Shown: positions 28,684 through 41,494 of the stretch, one piece after another
How positions within the stretch are numbered: the stretch's first letter is position 1
Layout: each line of letters opens with the position of its first letter
Program-made: the position numbers and the translations under genes
DNA from: Chrysomallon squamiferum
Taxonomy: Eukaryota; Animalia; Mollusca
Length of the DNA stretch: 64,000 bases
Assembly (NCBI GenBank): GCA_012295275.1
Contig: CM022679.1
Coordinates: 12,276,001 to 12,340,000 of the forward strand
Reading direction: 5' to 3'
The notes under the pieces: model-generated
What the model was told of the DNA's origin: nothing
Database searches by the model: none
What the model saw: the letters and a program-made list of their open reading frames with translations, nothing else

Positions 28684-30541
28684 TTTTTTATTTTTTGCTT
28701 TTCAGTCTTACAAATGGGATCGGTGTATTTGTCATTTAGTTCGGTGAAAACACACGTACAGTAACAATTCAGTGTTTTCCTCTCCGTGTGAACCAATGCA
28801 TTTCTATCTTTAGATCTTTCCCATTATCGGTGACAATGTAAAATATCAAAGAGTTAAATGACCCTTTTGAAATAAATAAATTACATAGTTAGTCATCAGG
28901 TCCTTTCAGTTAAACGATTAGATATGGAAATTGTGTGCAATCTTTAACTTCACTGCACTAAATGTACATATAAAGTCATATATGTACGTTAAATTTTATT
29001 ATATTCATCACGTGACCAGTTAATGGTCTATAACAGTGCTATACCCGCACATATGATTATATATATTACATTAGAGAACAAGAAAATTCTCCGTATTCAC
29101 TAATTTTATCCTTCAGTTCATCTAATGCTAGTATATTTATCGTAAATATGGACCGACTATTTTGTCGTAATTGTTGCGTAGTACAGGCTAATAGCTGATA
29201 CTGGGTTGGTGTGTCCGGGTAAACTAACCCGAACAATGCTAATACGTCATCAACCCAATGGAAACCTCATCACTGTTTTGTCCTTAAAAAAAAAAAAAAA
29301 TATCATCGTCATGGAGATATTTATAAATCTCGTTTCGGTAAAACACAATACTCGACTTTCTGCTCTAGTTATTTCCAAAAATATGTATCATTATGTTCAC
29401 CTGGCTTCTTTTATCAGTGTTTTATGGTTTTTCACCACTAGACGATTTGTCTTGACGATACGAAATAGACTGACTGAGTCTACTTTGAAAACATGAGACA
29501 CAGATAATTACGTGTTCGAAATCTTTATAGATTCCTGCAGTTCTATTAAGTAAGGCACTGCAACTTAGGCTTAAAACATTATTATCATACAGTTAAATTT
29601 ATATTTGACCTACATTTTATATACAGTAAAAGTACCCGGGTATTTTTGAGTTACGCAAAACAAGGAAGATCTCATGTACTGGTATTCACAAAATGTTAAT
29701 GGATTCTCTCTAACACGGTATCAGTTTTCTATGTTAAGCTGTCTCACACAATATACCTGGATATGGGTATTTTTATCTGCGCCATAATCTATCAGAAAGT
29801 ATATATTTAACAAGGGCGAACAGCTAGCTATCGGGTTCTGAAAGCATTTATCAATAACGTTATTAACACTGCGGACAAAATAAATTGGTATTAAAAGATA
29901 ACCTAAAAAAATAATAAAAAAACAACAATAAAGAAAGAAAAGAAAAAGAAAAACGCTAATGTTTACATACATTATAATATTATATCCTTAGTCTATACAT
30001 CAAAATAATGAAGAAAAAGTTTTAGCCCAATGACATTCATTGCCACCCACACAGACACTCTTACAACATATACACACATAGACACGGATACAGATGATTC
30101 ATACTTACAAGAAAACATACATACATATATGAAAACATAGGTTGATACACACGTATGTACATACAAATATTTATGAACACAAAACACCCATGGACATACA
30201 TATATACATAAATATCTTTAGATAAAACTTTTGTCAGTCCATCTATTTATTCATCCATATATATATTTACACACATACACCTAAGTGAGAAAAATAAATC
30301 ACCTTGTATTATTTTCCATAAATTACTTTTATAATGTTTTGTGTAATAGTTTATGTAATATCTACAGCTAAGTGGATAGAACACTAGCCGTGAGATCAAT
30401 CTTACTGATTTGACAAGTCTAAAAATTTAAATTCCTGTTTTATACATGTTCAGTTTAAAAATAAAAATAAAAATAAATAAATAATAACAACAACAAAACA
30501 GTAATAATAATAATAATAATAACAACAACAACAACAACAAC

Positions 30542-30582
<41 letters not shown>

Positions 30583-31510
30583 TGTTAAAAGTCATTTGTA
30601 ACTTACCTCTCTATTTGATCTGGTAACAGTTATTATTATTGTTCTTTCTTTCTGTTAACAAAATTGTAACGACTGAAATTGTGTGATCAGTTTTAACAGA
30701 ACACTGTGCAATTAATGTCAAATGTCTTCTGTCATTCTTTTGACTACCTCGCTACTGTAATAATATTATGACGTCATTTACATAACAACGTCGGTATTTA
30801 CATTTAAAACGGTGAACAAGATCATTTTTTGGACTTTTTTCTATAACTTAATTTTCGTGTTTTGATCAAAATGTGAAACACTATGTTTACAAAAAAGGTT
30901 AAATGTAAGGTTCCTGAGGTAAGTACATTTTATGTCTTTGTCCAACTGAAGTACTGGTAACTAGTCAAGAATGACATAATTGTGCTTAAAATGATATCGC
31001 TAGTAGCTTGCTTTACAGTTGGTAAAAAATACAGAGAAGGGAAAAACAAAGAAGATTAAGAAAAGATAACACGCGAAACAGAAGTTAATAACCAAAAGAA
31101 TAAAATAAAGGACGAACTGAACGACGCCTGGTAATTATGTTTTATTATAAAACAATTGAGTTAACAATTGTTTTATGTCGTTCGCTTAGATAAATTCTGT
31201 ATAATTCCACCGGTTGTAGAAGTTTCTAAGAGGTAAATAATTCATTTTATATAATTTAACAGAACAGATTGTGTGTAATGAATACCATGCAGTTCACTGA
31301 ATAGAAAACTTGTTTACTGTTCACTTTTATTACATTTGTCTTGCAATTCTATCTTAACATATAATTTTTACTTAACTTGAGAGTTTAATATTAATATACA
31401 AATTTCTAGGCTTCAATAAAATAAAATAAAATAAAATAAAATAAAATAAAATAAATAAATAAATAATATCGATCACTGACCTATGTTGCCACTGATTCTA
31501 TTAGAACTGC

Positions 31511-31542
<32 letters not shown>

Positions 31543-32037
31543 TTTTTCTAGAAGTACATTTTACTGACAACTCTGAAAGGCTGGGTAATTTCCTTTGATG
31601 TTTAAAATGCTATAATTCTGGTAAAACTCGTTCTATAACGCGCGTACATACATAGTTGTCTGTTGATACATTTATTTTCATTGTCGGTTAATAGTCTACC
31701 TGAATATTTAATTAATTTAACATCAATAACAACAACAATAAGAACAACATTACTAATTACAGTAGCAGTAGTAGTAGTTAATAATGATCACGATGATGCA
31801 TGATGATAATGATGATAACGATTCTGTAAAAGTATAATGATAATTATGTATAACTTATTGCACGTCTGTCGGCAGTGGATGGGTTTCGTTTCGAGTATAC
31901 ATCTGATGTTTCTCATTTTAACAAGTTTAAAACAGCATTAAGCGTGTCGTTAAATAAACTTTCTTTCTTCAAATTAGGAAGAATTGTCCGACATACGTTT
32001 AACACGTGTTGCTCTGTTCCTCCATCACTGCATCGAA

Positions 32038-32110
32038 GCCTCTATAGCTCAGTGGATAGAGCACTGGTCTTGTAAACCAGGGGTCGTGAGTTCGATCCTC
32101 ACTGGAGGCT
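32038..32110 (+). tRNA. trnT-TGT: tRNA-Thr (anticodon TGT)
   Basis: GCCTCTA/TGGAGGC acceptor stem; A-box TAGCTCAGTGG; anticodon arm CTGGT-CTTGTAA-ACCAG (TGT at 32071-32073); B-box GTTCGATCC; 73 nt. Confidence 0.97.
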
Positions 32111-32134
32111 TGAACAAAAAATAATACAAAATAA

Positions 32135-32144
32135 TTTTTTTTTT
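32135..32144 (+). terminator. Pol III oligo-T terminator of tRNA-Thr
   Basis: T10 run 25 nt downstream of the tRNA 3' end. Confidence 0.6.
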
Positions 32145-32653
32145 CTTTCTTTCTTTTTCGTCTTCTTCCCGTCTTATTTCTTTTAAATAGCTGGTTTATT
32201 TTGTTAGTAAATAATCATGTAGAAATTTATTAATGCTAAATATAAATAATTTTAATAACAAATAAAAAATAACACTGGTATAAAATATATATTTTATTTT
32301 CATACACTGGGTGATGGCACATTATGCTGCTGGTATTTATGCTATATAATCATACACAATGAATAAATAAATATTATAAACCAGTCATATTCTACTGAGC
32401 AGTTAAGTGTATTATGCATCTATTCATGCTGAAACTGACAGTACAAAAATGGGTGGAATTACAGACACACCTGAAATTTAAATATAATTATAAAAACATG
32501 AACAAATACAACAAAAAAAAAACCCACCAACAAACAAACAAAAACACTCAAACAAAATTCATTTTGTGATTAATTAAAATTAGATTTAAAAAAACCCAAC
32601 AACAACAAAATCATAATTTGAAAGTATGCAGTATATATATAGACAGTTTTTTC

Positions 32654-32787
32654 AAATCTGCAAAGTTACACTTTTTGAAGTAAAAACACAATAAATAATC
32701 TATAAAAAAATGATCACTATAAATCTGCAAAGTTACACTTTTTGAAGTAAAAACACAATAAATAATCTATAAAAAAAAGATCACTAT
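32654..32787. repeat. 67-bp tandem duplication in the presumed 3'UTR of the Uif-like gene
   Basis: AAATCTGCAAAGTTACACTTTTTGAAG...GATCACTAT starts at 32654 and 32721. Confidence 0.9.
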
Positions 32788-32942
32788 GATTCTTTACATT
32801 TTACTTTACATATTCCAGTTTTCAAAACAGCAAATCACTATTATGTTTTGCAAATTCAATTTCATATAATTATTTATTTTTATGTAAATAAATAATGTCT
32901 AATAAAATGAAAAAGAGCTTAAACTGCAATAAACAAAATTAA

Positions 32943-32978
<36 letters not shown>

Positions 32979-33434
32979 TCAAGAAATTAGTTAATTTAAT
33001 TTGATCATTTTAGCTTGGAAATGTTTGCAGAAATACAAATGTGTTCCAAATAAATACCAGATAAAGTTAAAAGAAAAATCACAATGGAGTTCAAAGTCAT
33101 TGTCCTAGATCATAGACTTTTACTTTTTATTGCACATCATGGAAAAGCAGATCTCTAATTTTGAAAATGAAATGTGGAATGAACGATCTGTGAGAAAAAC
33201 AAAAACAACAAATATGCATATAAATCCTTATTGCTATAATATAATTTTATTTTTAAATAATTATTTTCTGCCAATAAATAAAAGTGAATATTATTATTAT
33301 AAGCATATTCTTGGTGCTAGTAACTGTACAGAATTTTTAAAATACCCAACACATGTTAAATAATATTACTACCAGTATAATATCAGCTTTAAATATATGA
33401 AATCAAATAAGCCAAAAAAAAAAATAAATAATAA

Positions 33435-33465
<31 letters not shown>

Positions 33466-33666
33466 TCAGAAATTAAGATTGCATATAATAGTGGACTTAA
33501 AAAATACCATGTTTGAGTATACAAATAAAAATAAACAGTGCATATAATATGAAAAGCATTTTATCTATATTAATTTATTTAGCCATGCATGTAAATAATA
33601 GAATTACATTTATGACTGATTACTTATAAAAATTTTGCACTTAAGTTTTATACAGATACAATAGTT

Positions 33667-33763
33667 TTATTATGAATGTTTTGGAAATACATAGCTTTTG
33701 TTATTAATTCTGACATTATTATGAATGTTTTGGAAAACATAGCTTCTGTTATTAATTCTGACA
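33667..33763. repeat. 49-bp tandem duplication
   Basis: TTATTATGAATGTTTTGGAAA...TTAATTCTGACA starts at 33667 and 33716. Confidence 0.9.
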
Positions 33764-34237
33764 GTAAAATATTCATAGCTTTAGATTTGTTCCTATTTTA
33801 TTATAATTAATTTTCATTGTTTATTTCCCTGTTCAATTTATTTTCTAATTTAAATATAAATTTAGCTCTGTTTTATTTTACATTTCTAAACTTAACATTA
33901 TCAGTCTTTATCTTTATTTCTTCACAAATTATTTGAATAAATTCAAAATACTGAAAAGAAAAATCTTCATTATAATTGAAAATAAATATAAATACAATAT
34001 ATAATTTTTGCATTACAGATATTTCAATATTGGCTGAGGTAAACTGTTACACATCAAGATAAAATGTTATTGAAAATGAAAATTATGGAAAAAATGAATT
34101 CATGGAAGACAGGAATGTATGAAGAAGTTTCATGAGATATTCTGAAAAAAAAGAGAAAGAGATAAAAAGTATTAGTTAATATTTCAACTACAAAAATATT
34201 TATAATTATAGTGAATGCATTCCATATATACAGTTTT

Positions 34238-34288
<51 letters not shown>

Positions 34289-34420
34289 TTATACACACAC
34301 ACACACACACACACAAGGCACACACACACATGTCATATAAATATATATATGTGTGTGTGCATATATTATATAAAACATATGGTCATATATAAATACAAAA
34401 TTACACACAGTAACACACAC

Positions 34421-34468
<48 letters not shown>

Positions 34469-34572
34469 ATATGCATACAGCCTCACTCAGAGTCAAACCT
34501 TAAATAAATTAAATGAATTTCCCATTTTTGTTTCATTCACAGCTGAATGTTGAATTGGTTTCCTGTACCTGT

Positions 34573-35017
34573 TTAAGTCTCTGAAGGATGTCTGGCTATG
34601 TACAGGGCTGGGTCATCATTCTGTGCATAGCTTCGAGTATTAAATCTTGTACTCAAGTTAGAACTTGGAGGTAGGAAAGTAGACGCCGCAAAACTGCTTT
34701 TAAAAACACTGTCATCTTCTGATGTCAGTGATGGGGCCTTTCTTTTCCTATTATAATAATAGTACTAGTAGTAGTATTATAATAATAATAATAATCATAA
34801 CCATAATAATAATAATAAAATAGTAATAATAATAGTAAATAATACCCAAAATAATAAAATAATAATAATAATAGTAATAATAATAATAATAATAGTAATA
34901 ATAATGATAATGATAAATATAATAATAATAATAATAATAACAACAACAAGAACAATAGTAATAATAAAAATAGTAAATAACAGTAATAATAATAACAATA
35001 ACAATAACAACAACAAC

Positions 35018-35084
<67 letters not shown>

Positions 35085-35550
35085 TTAATAATGTTTTTCT
35101 TAAAAAAACCCAATACTTCTGAATACGTTGCTAATAATCACATACTCTAAGCCTAATTCCCATTCCAGACAGTACCCAGCTATGGGAATGTGCACATAAA
35201 ATATTCTTTTATAACCATGAGTAATGCAATGCATTGCAGTATAACTGTAGATTAAAAATGTGTTGATTCAGTCAGTATTTAAAATAGAGCTTCCTTCAGT
35301 CATAAAGGAAAGTGTAAGTAAACTAAAACAAGTTGAAGAATCATTAAAAAAATAATAAAAACAAAACATATTATATTCAACCATACCTAGTGACAGCTAG
35401 CAGTTATTACTGTTTATTTTAAAGAATTTTTTTATTTTATTTACCTGTGAGCTGTGATAACTCCAACAAGAATGAGAGCAGAGATGATCAGAAAAGCTGT
35501 GATGCCAACAACAATTCCAATAATCATTTCATAAGTTATAGGATCAGCCA
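34573..35550 (-). CDS. Transmembrane exon and cytoplasmic-tail exon of the Uif-like gene
   Basis: 35445-35550: [27 protein letters not shown]. 34573-34747: [58 protein letters not shown]. Confidence 0.85.
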
Positions 35551-38244
35551 CTGAAATCATTCAACAGAACAGTTCATTATGATACTTGAAGTAATTATTA
35601 ATGCAGTCAGTGGCTATTAATATAATGCTTTTAGTGCTGAATACACATTGTTATTATATTGCAGCACAAGTCATAAAAGTTCTAATTTTAAGCAAAATCA
35701 TCTTAATTCACATAATAAAAACATAATGATAATCATTATTCATACCATTATTGTAATAGTTAAAAAAAAAAATGTATTATTATTATTACTATTTCCATGA
35801 TCATGATGATTATTATTATTATCATCATCATCATCATCATCATTATCACATGATTATCATCATCATCATCATTATCACATGATTATTATTATTATTATTA
35901 TCATCATCATCATCATCATTATCTCATGTTTATTATTGTTTTTATTATGATTTACTTACATTTAGGACTCTGACACTGGTCTCCTTCAAAAGAATCAGTA
36001 CATTCACAATAAGGATGAGAGGTCCCACGACACTTCCCACCATTTTTACAGTAGTTTGGAATGTCACATATATCTGAAATTGAATTTTGGAACATTTGTC
36101 AAACTCAGAGTTCTTGTCTGTCTGTGTGCTTTATTTATTACATTTAATATATATATTTAAATAATCATTTGAAATCTCTTCAAAACATATATATCAAATA
36201 TACAGCAACTGTATTTAAAAAGGCCATAAAATGTAAAACCTAGGAATTGAAAACCACAGTTCCCTCAGCAACAGAATAAAACCCACCATAAGTCCTATAA
36301 AATGTTAAAACAGAAAAAAGTAAGAACAAACGAAATAATAAATAAAAGAATGAATTAAATTATATATTAATATTAAAAAAAAAAAACACATCATGAATAA
36401 AAGTTCTGAAAACAGAAAATAAAAAAGCCCTTCATAAATACATTTGAGAAACAGAATGAAAGAACAGTTAAATATTAATAGTTTTACAATATACTCACAC
36501 TGACAGTCAGGTGGGTTAGTATATCCTTGCTTGCACAGACACTGAAAACCTGGAGAAGCAGATTTATCTACACAGACTGAGTTGGTAGAACAGTTATCTT
36601 TCCCTGATTTGCACATAGCTGGTATACAAATAAATAAAATAAAATGAGCAATTATGAAAATATAAATAAATAAACAAATAAGTAAATAAATGAATTTGTA
36701 AAAAGTAATGAAAACAACAAAAAAAAAATCTATTGTCTGAACATACCTACAGAACTAAATAAGTACATAACTAATTGACTGATCTAAGATACGCTGACAG
36801 AATGACAGTTTATTTAAATTTGAATAAACATATATGATCATAAAATTATAATAATTGACAATTACCACTATCTTTGTATTTTAAGAACAAAAAACAACAA
36901 CAAAAAAATAACACAAAAAAAAGGACAAAGCAACTTACAAAAACAGTCAACTGGACTGATTGTTCCAGTGGATAATGTGGTCAAATTATTTGGGCAGGGG
37001 AGACAACTGGGCTGGTTTTGCACATTCTGGAACATTCCTACAGGACATGGGTCACAGGTACCTGTTTGTGGATTATATCCCTTTCCAGCTGGGCAAATGG
37101 CTGAAAGATATAATAATGTATATTATTTAAAGAAATAATAAAGTATATTATTTATTTCAAATACAAGTAGCTTCTATGATATTAGAGGATTCTCACAAAT
37201 TATTTTACATTCATTTGGAACTATCCAGTTATCTCTGCAATTGAAACAACAATAACAACAACTACTACAACAACAACACCTACTACTACAACTACTGCCT
37301 CTACAATAGCAACAATAATAACCACAACAACTACAACTACTACTACTACTACTATAACAATAACAACTACTACAACAGTAAAGTTTTTTTATGGCAATGA
37401 AGCATTACAAATATTGTTGGCATGTGATAAAATTGAAGTAGAACCACACACATACAACAGAATCAGTCACAAGTATGTTTAGGACTCTACTGTTTCTGAA
37501 TATGTTGCTTTTCTAACATAGAACCAAATCTGCATCCTGTTAATATGGAATCATGTTCTATTTTAGTGGAGTGTTTGCTGAATGAATGCTGCTCAACCTT
37601 TGCACCTTGTTTTTGTCACTCTTCCATTATCCTACCACATGCTCTATACCACATCATTTTTGTGTGATGTGCAGTGTGCCATCTTAGCATAACTACCACA
37701 GTAGTCCTAAACAGGAGACAAAAGAATTGCTTTCCCACTTTGATCCATGATTATAATGACTGAGAGAACAATATTTATTATCAATACACCATTTTTGGTG
37801 GATGTGCAGCATTCAGAGAGAATGTACACTCCTTACAGTATCTATCTCTGATCATTATGTATACAAATTACCAATACTGCACATGGTCTGGTCTGTAGCT
37901 CCTGTCCCATTGGTTGTAACATTAGCAGGACAGGGCTGACAGGTCCAAGACAATGTTTTGTTCCGGAATGTTCCCTTCTGACAGGAAGTGCAGACATTTT
38001 TGTTTTCCTGGAGTTGTTGTCCTGAAGGACAGTCACCTACAAGAGACAGAAGATGTGTTAATTTAAACAATTATTTTGAAAAGTAGACTGAATTTGAGTT
38101 TCTCTTCTCTTTAATACTAATAATGCTAATAATACTAATGCTAATACTAATACTAATAATAATAATGGTTGAAAAAACATAAAGAAAAAAACTATATTAA
38201 AATTTGAAATATTTTAAAATTTTAAGTAACTTTCATTCAACTGA

Positions 38245-38293
<49 letters not shown>

Positions 38294-40641
38294 AATCATC
38301 ACACACACACACAGAAACACAAAAAATCTACACACACATACATGCACAGAAACACACAAAAAATTATTTAGCAAACAGCAAAACAATACTTGAACAAAGA
38401 GTACATACGGTAACAGTCACTGACAGATGAAGCTCCAGTTATTTTTGTGGTGTAGCCTGTCTGACAAGGAACACATTTTTCCATCCACTTCTTGTTCTGA
38501 TAGCTTCCTACAGGACAGTCTTCACACCTGTTAGTAACAGTGTTTCTGTACTGTCCAATACGAGTACAGTTTGCTGAAACAAGACATGTATAAATTAAAA
38601 ACAAAAAAGAATCATGTGTATGTACAGGAAATTCAGTTCATCATGTTATTAATAAACAACAAAATTCTGATCTTTTGTTGCACTAAACAAGTCTTGATTA
38701 TAGCATTTTTAATGGACAGCAGATGGACTGGGTAAATTTCAATTATTGGTAGTATATGGAATTTTTAATAAACTGTATTATCAGTTTACATACATCACCC
38801 TGCACCTTAAATCAGGTATTAGGTCACATTAATTTATGCAAAATTTTATATTCCTTATGTCAGAAGCTTTGTTTTGATACCATACCCACATCCAAAGCTT
38901 GTGGCTGCAAATATATATAAAAAATATACCTAATTGAATACTGGTAATAATGGAAAATTATGTATAAATTTCTCTAAATTCTTCAATATACAGTTCTGAA
39001 GAGACTTTCACAAAGATATTTTGCATTATAAATTCATGATTCATTGTTTCCTGCTAGATCCATGAGATAAGTTTTTATATAGAATTTTCTTTCAAAATCT
39101 CAGTATTTAAAAATGATAGCTCCATGAATGTATTATAGCTAGCTTGAAAGTCAGTTTAATCCTTGACTCAATGTGCAGGGTGGTGTACAGTAAACAGTTC
39201 ACTTACTGGATACATTTTTGTATGACTATCACTGTTAAATTATCAGTTACATTATTAGGCTGTGAAAATTTATTTAAGGAGATATAATATCATCAATGTC
39301 CACAAACAAATTTTTCAGTTATTTATTTTGCAGTACCTATGTTACAGTCTTCAATATTTACTGATCCTTTCTTAGAGATCTCACTGAGAGGACAGAGTTT
39401 ACAGGTTGGACCATCTGTAGTCTTGTTACGAAAGTAACCAACTGGACACATTTGACAGGACTTTGTAGTCACATCATAGCCTGAACCATCTTCACAAACC
39501 GCTGGAAAAAATATCAGTGCTTTAAGATATTAAAAAATAAATAAATTAGTAAATATAAGTATTGATGATGATGTAGATGATGATAGGAATAATGAAAGTG
39601 ATGGCAGGATAATGATGATACTTCTAATATCACCACAACCACCACTACTACTGCTGCTACTACTACTACTACTACTACCACAGCTACTACTACTAACAAT
39701 AAAAGCATCAATAATAAAATTAAAATAACCATAACAGTAGTAGTAGTAGTAGTAGTAGTACAAGCAGTAGTAGTAGTAGTAGTAACAGTATAATAAATAA
39801 ATAAATAAATAAATAATTATGGACATAACAGACTTACGGACACACTGACTGGCATTGACAGTTCCTGCACTGAGTGTGGTCAAATGTACACCACAAGGTA
39901 TACAAGAGTCCTGCCATTTGCTGGCCTGATACTGACCAACTGGACATGGAGTACATGAATTGTTATCATCCAGGAATGTACCAGGTAAACATCCCACTGA
40001 AAAGCATCAGTATATTTTATTAAGTGTTATGTAAACATAAATATATTTGTGTATCTTTCCATTTTATTATATATATATACACACATCCATACACACTCAT
40101 ATATGCAAATATGTGTGCATGTATGTACATGTGTTTGTATATTTTTATGTATCTTATTATTTGTTAATATATTACCTCTTTTACATTCATACACTCTTCA
40201 GTAAAAATAGCTAACTGTTTGTATACTTAAGTAATATGATTTATTACATAATTAAAAATTATATCTATTTTAATTATAAATATACTTTATAAAATATAAA
40301 AATTAATTTTTATGTTTACCTATATCACATTCAAGAACACTTTTAGCTCCAGTTGCTTTTGTCCTAAATCTTGGAGGACACTCTACACAGGACAAAGGTC
40401 CTTGGTGGTTTTTGTAGAAACCAATTGGACATGGAGAGCATTTTCCTGATTGACCTTCGTATCCTTGTGGACAAACAACTACAAAAAAGAAAATCAGAAC
40501 TATATACATATATATACACACACACATACATAGCAAAAAGCTTAAATAAAAATATTATTAGAAAATCACATTCATGAAATACACCCATCTACACACACCC
40601 ACACCCACACATATGCCCACAGCCACCCACCCACCCACATA

Positions 40642-40691
<50 letters not shown>

Positions 40692-40990
40692 TATACACAC
40701 ACACGCACTTATTATTCTAATGTTTTTTCATACATTTTATAAATCAGCAAATTTTCAATTGTAAACATTCAAATTTAACATTACTAATACAAACTTCGAC
40801 ACTGGTTTGATGTTGTTGATGCTGTTGTTAATGTTGTGTAGCCATTTGGACACTGTAGACATGAGTGTTGTCGTGGTAGAGGTTGATACTCTCCAAATGG
40901 ACAAGCCAGACAGTCTTCTTTACCTCCATCTATGCTAATTATTTGATATCCAGCAGAACAGTTTCCTTAAAAACAAACTAAACAAACAAA

Positions 40991-41021
<31 letters not shown>

Positions 41022-41463
41022 ATTAAAATGTTTATATTTGTTAATAAAAAAATATCAAACAATACATACTTCATTTTTTTCTGATATAGTTAAGAAACAA
41101 TTTCACAAAATATATGTGTCACATAAATTTATTTATAGCCAATGATTTTATATTGTTATAATTAAATAGTCACAATCTGTACATATTTTTAATATTCTGA
41201 TTTAAATTGGATTTTAATACTTTAGAATTTATATACAGTTTTCTTTAACATAAATAAATATTTATTGAACAGTTTTGTAATTATAATTATAATTATGTAG
41301 GAACTGAAATTAAGATGCTTCCAAGTAAAAGATAATAATTTTTTAATGATAAATGACATGTCTGTTACATTATAGATGGAACACAGAAAATAGAAATTCA
41401 CACACACAAAACACACAAATATATCTTTCAATCTTTGTATTGATAGACCAAATCACTGTAATG

Positions 41464-41494
<31 letters not shown>

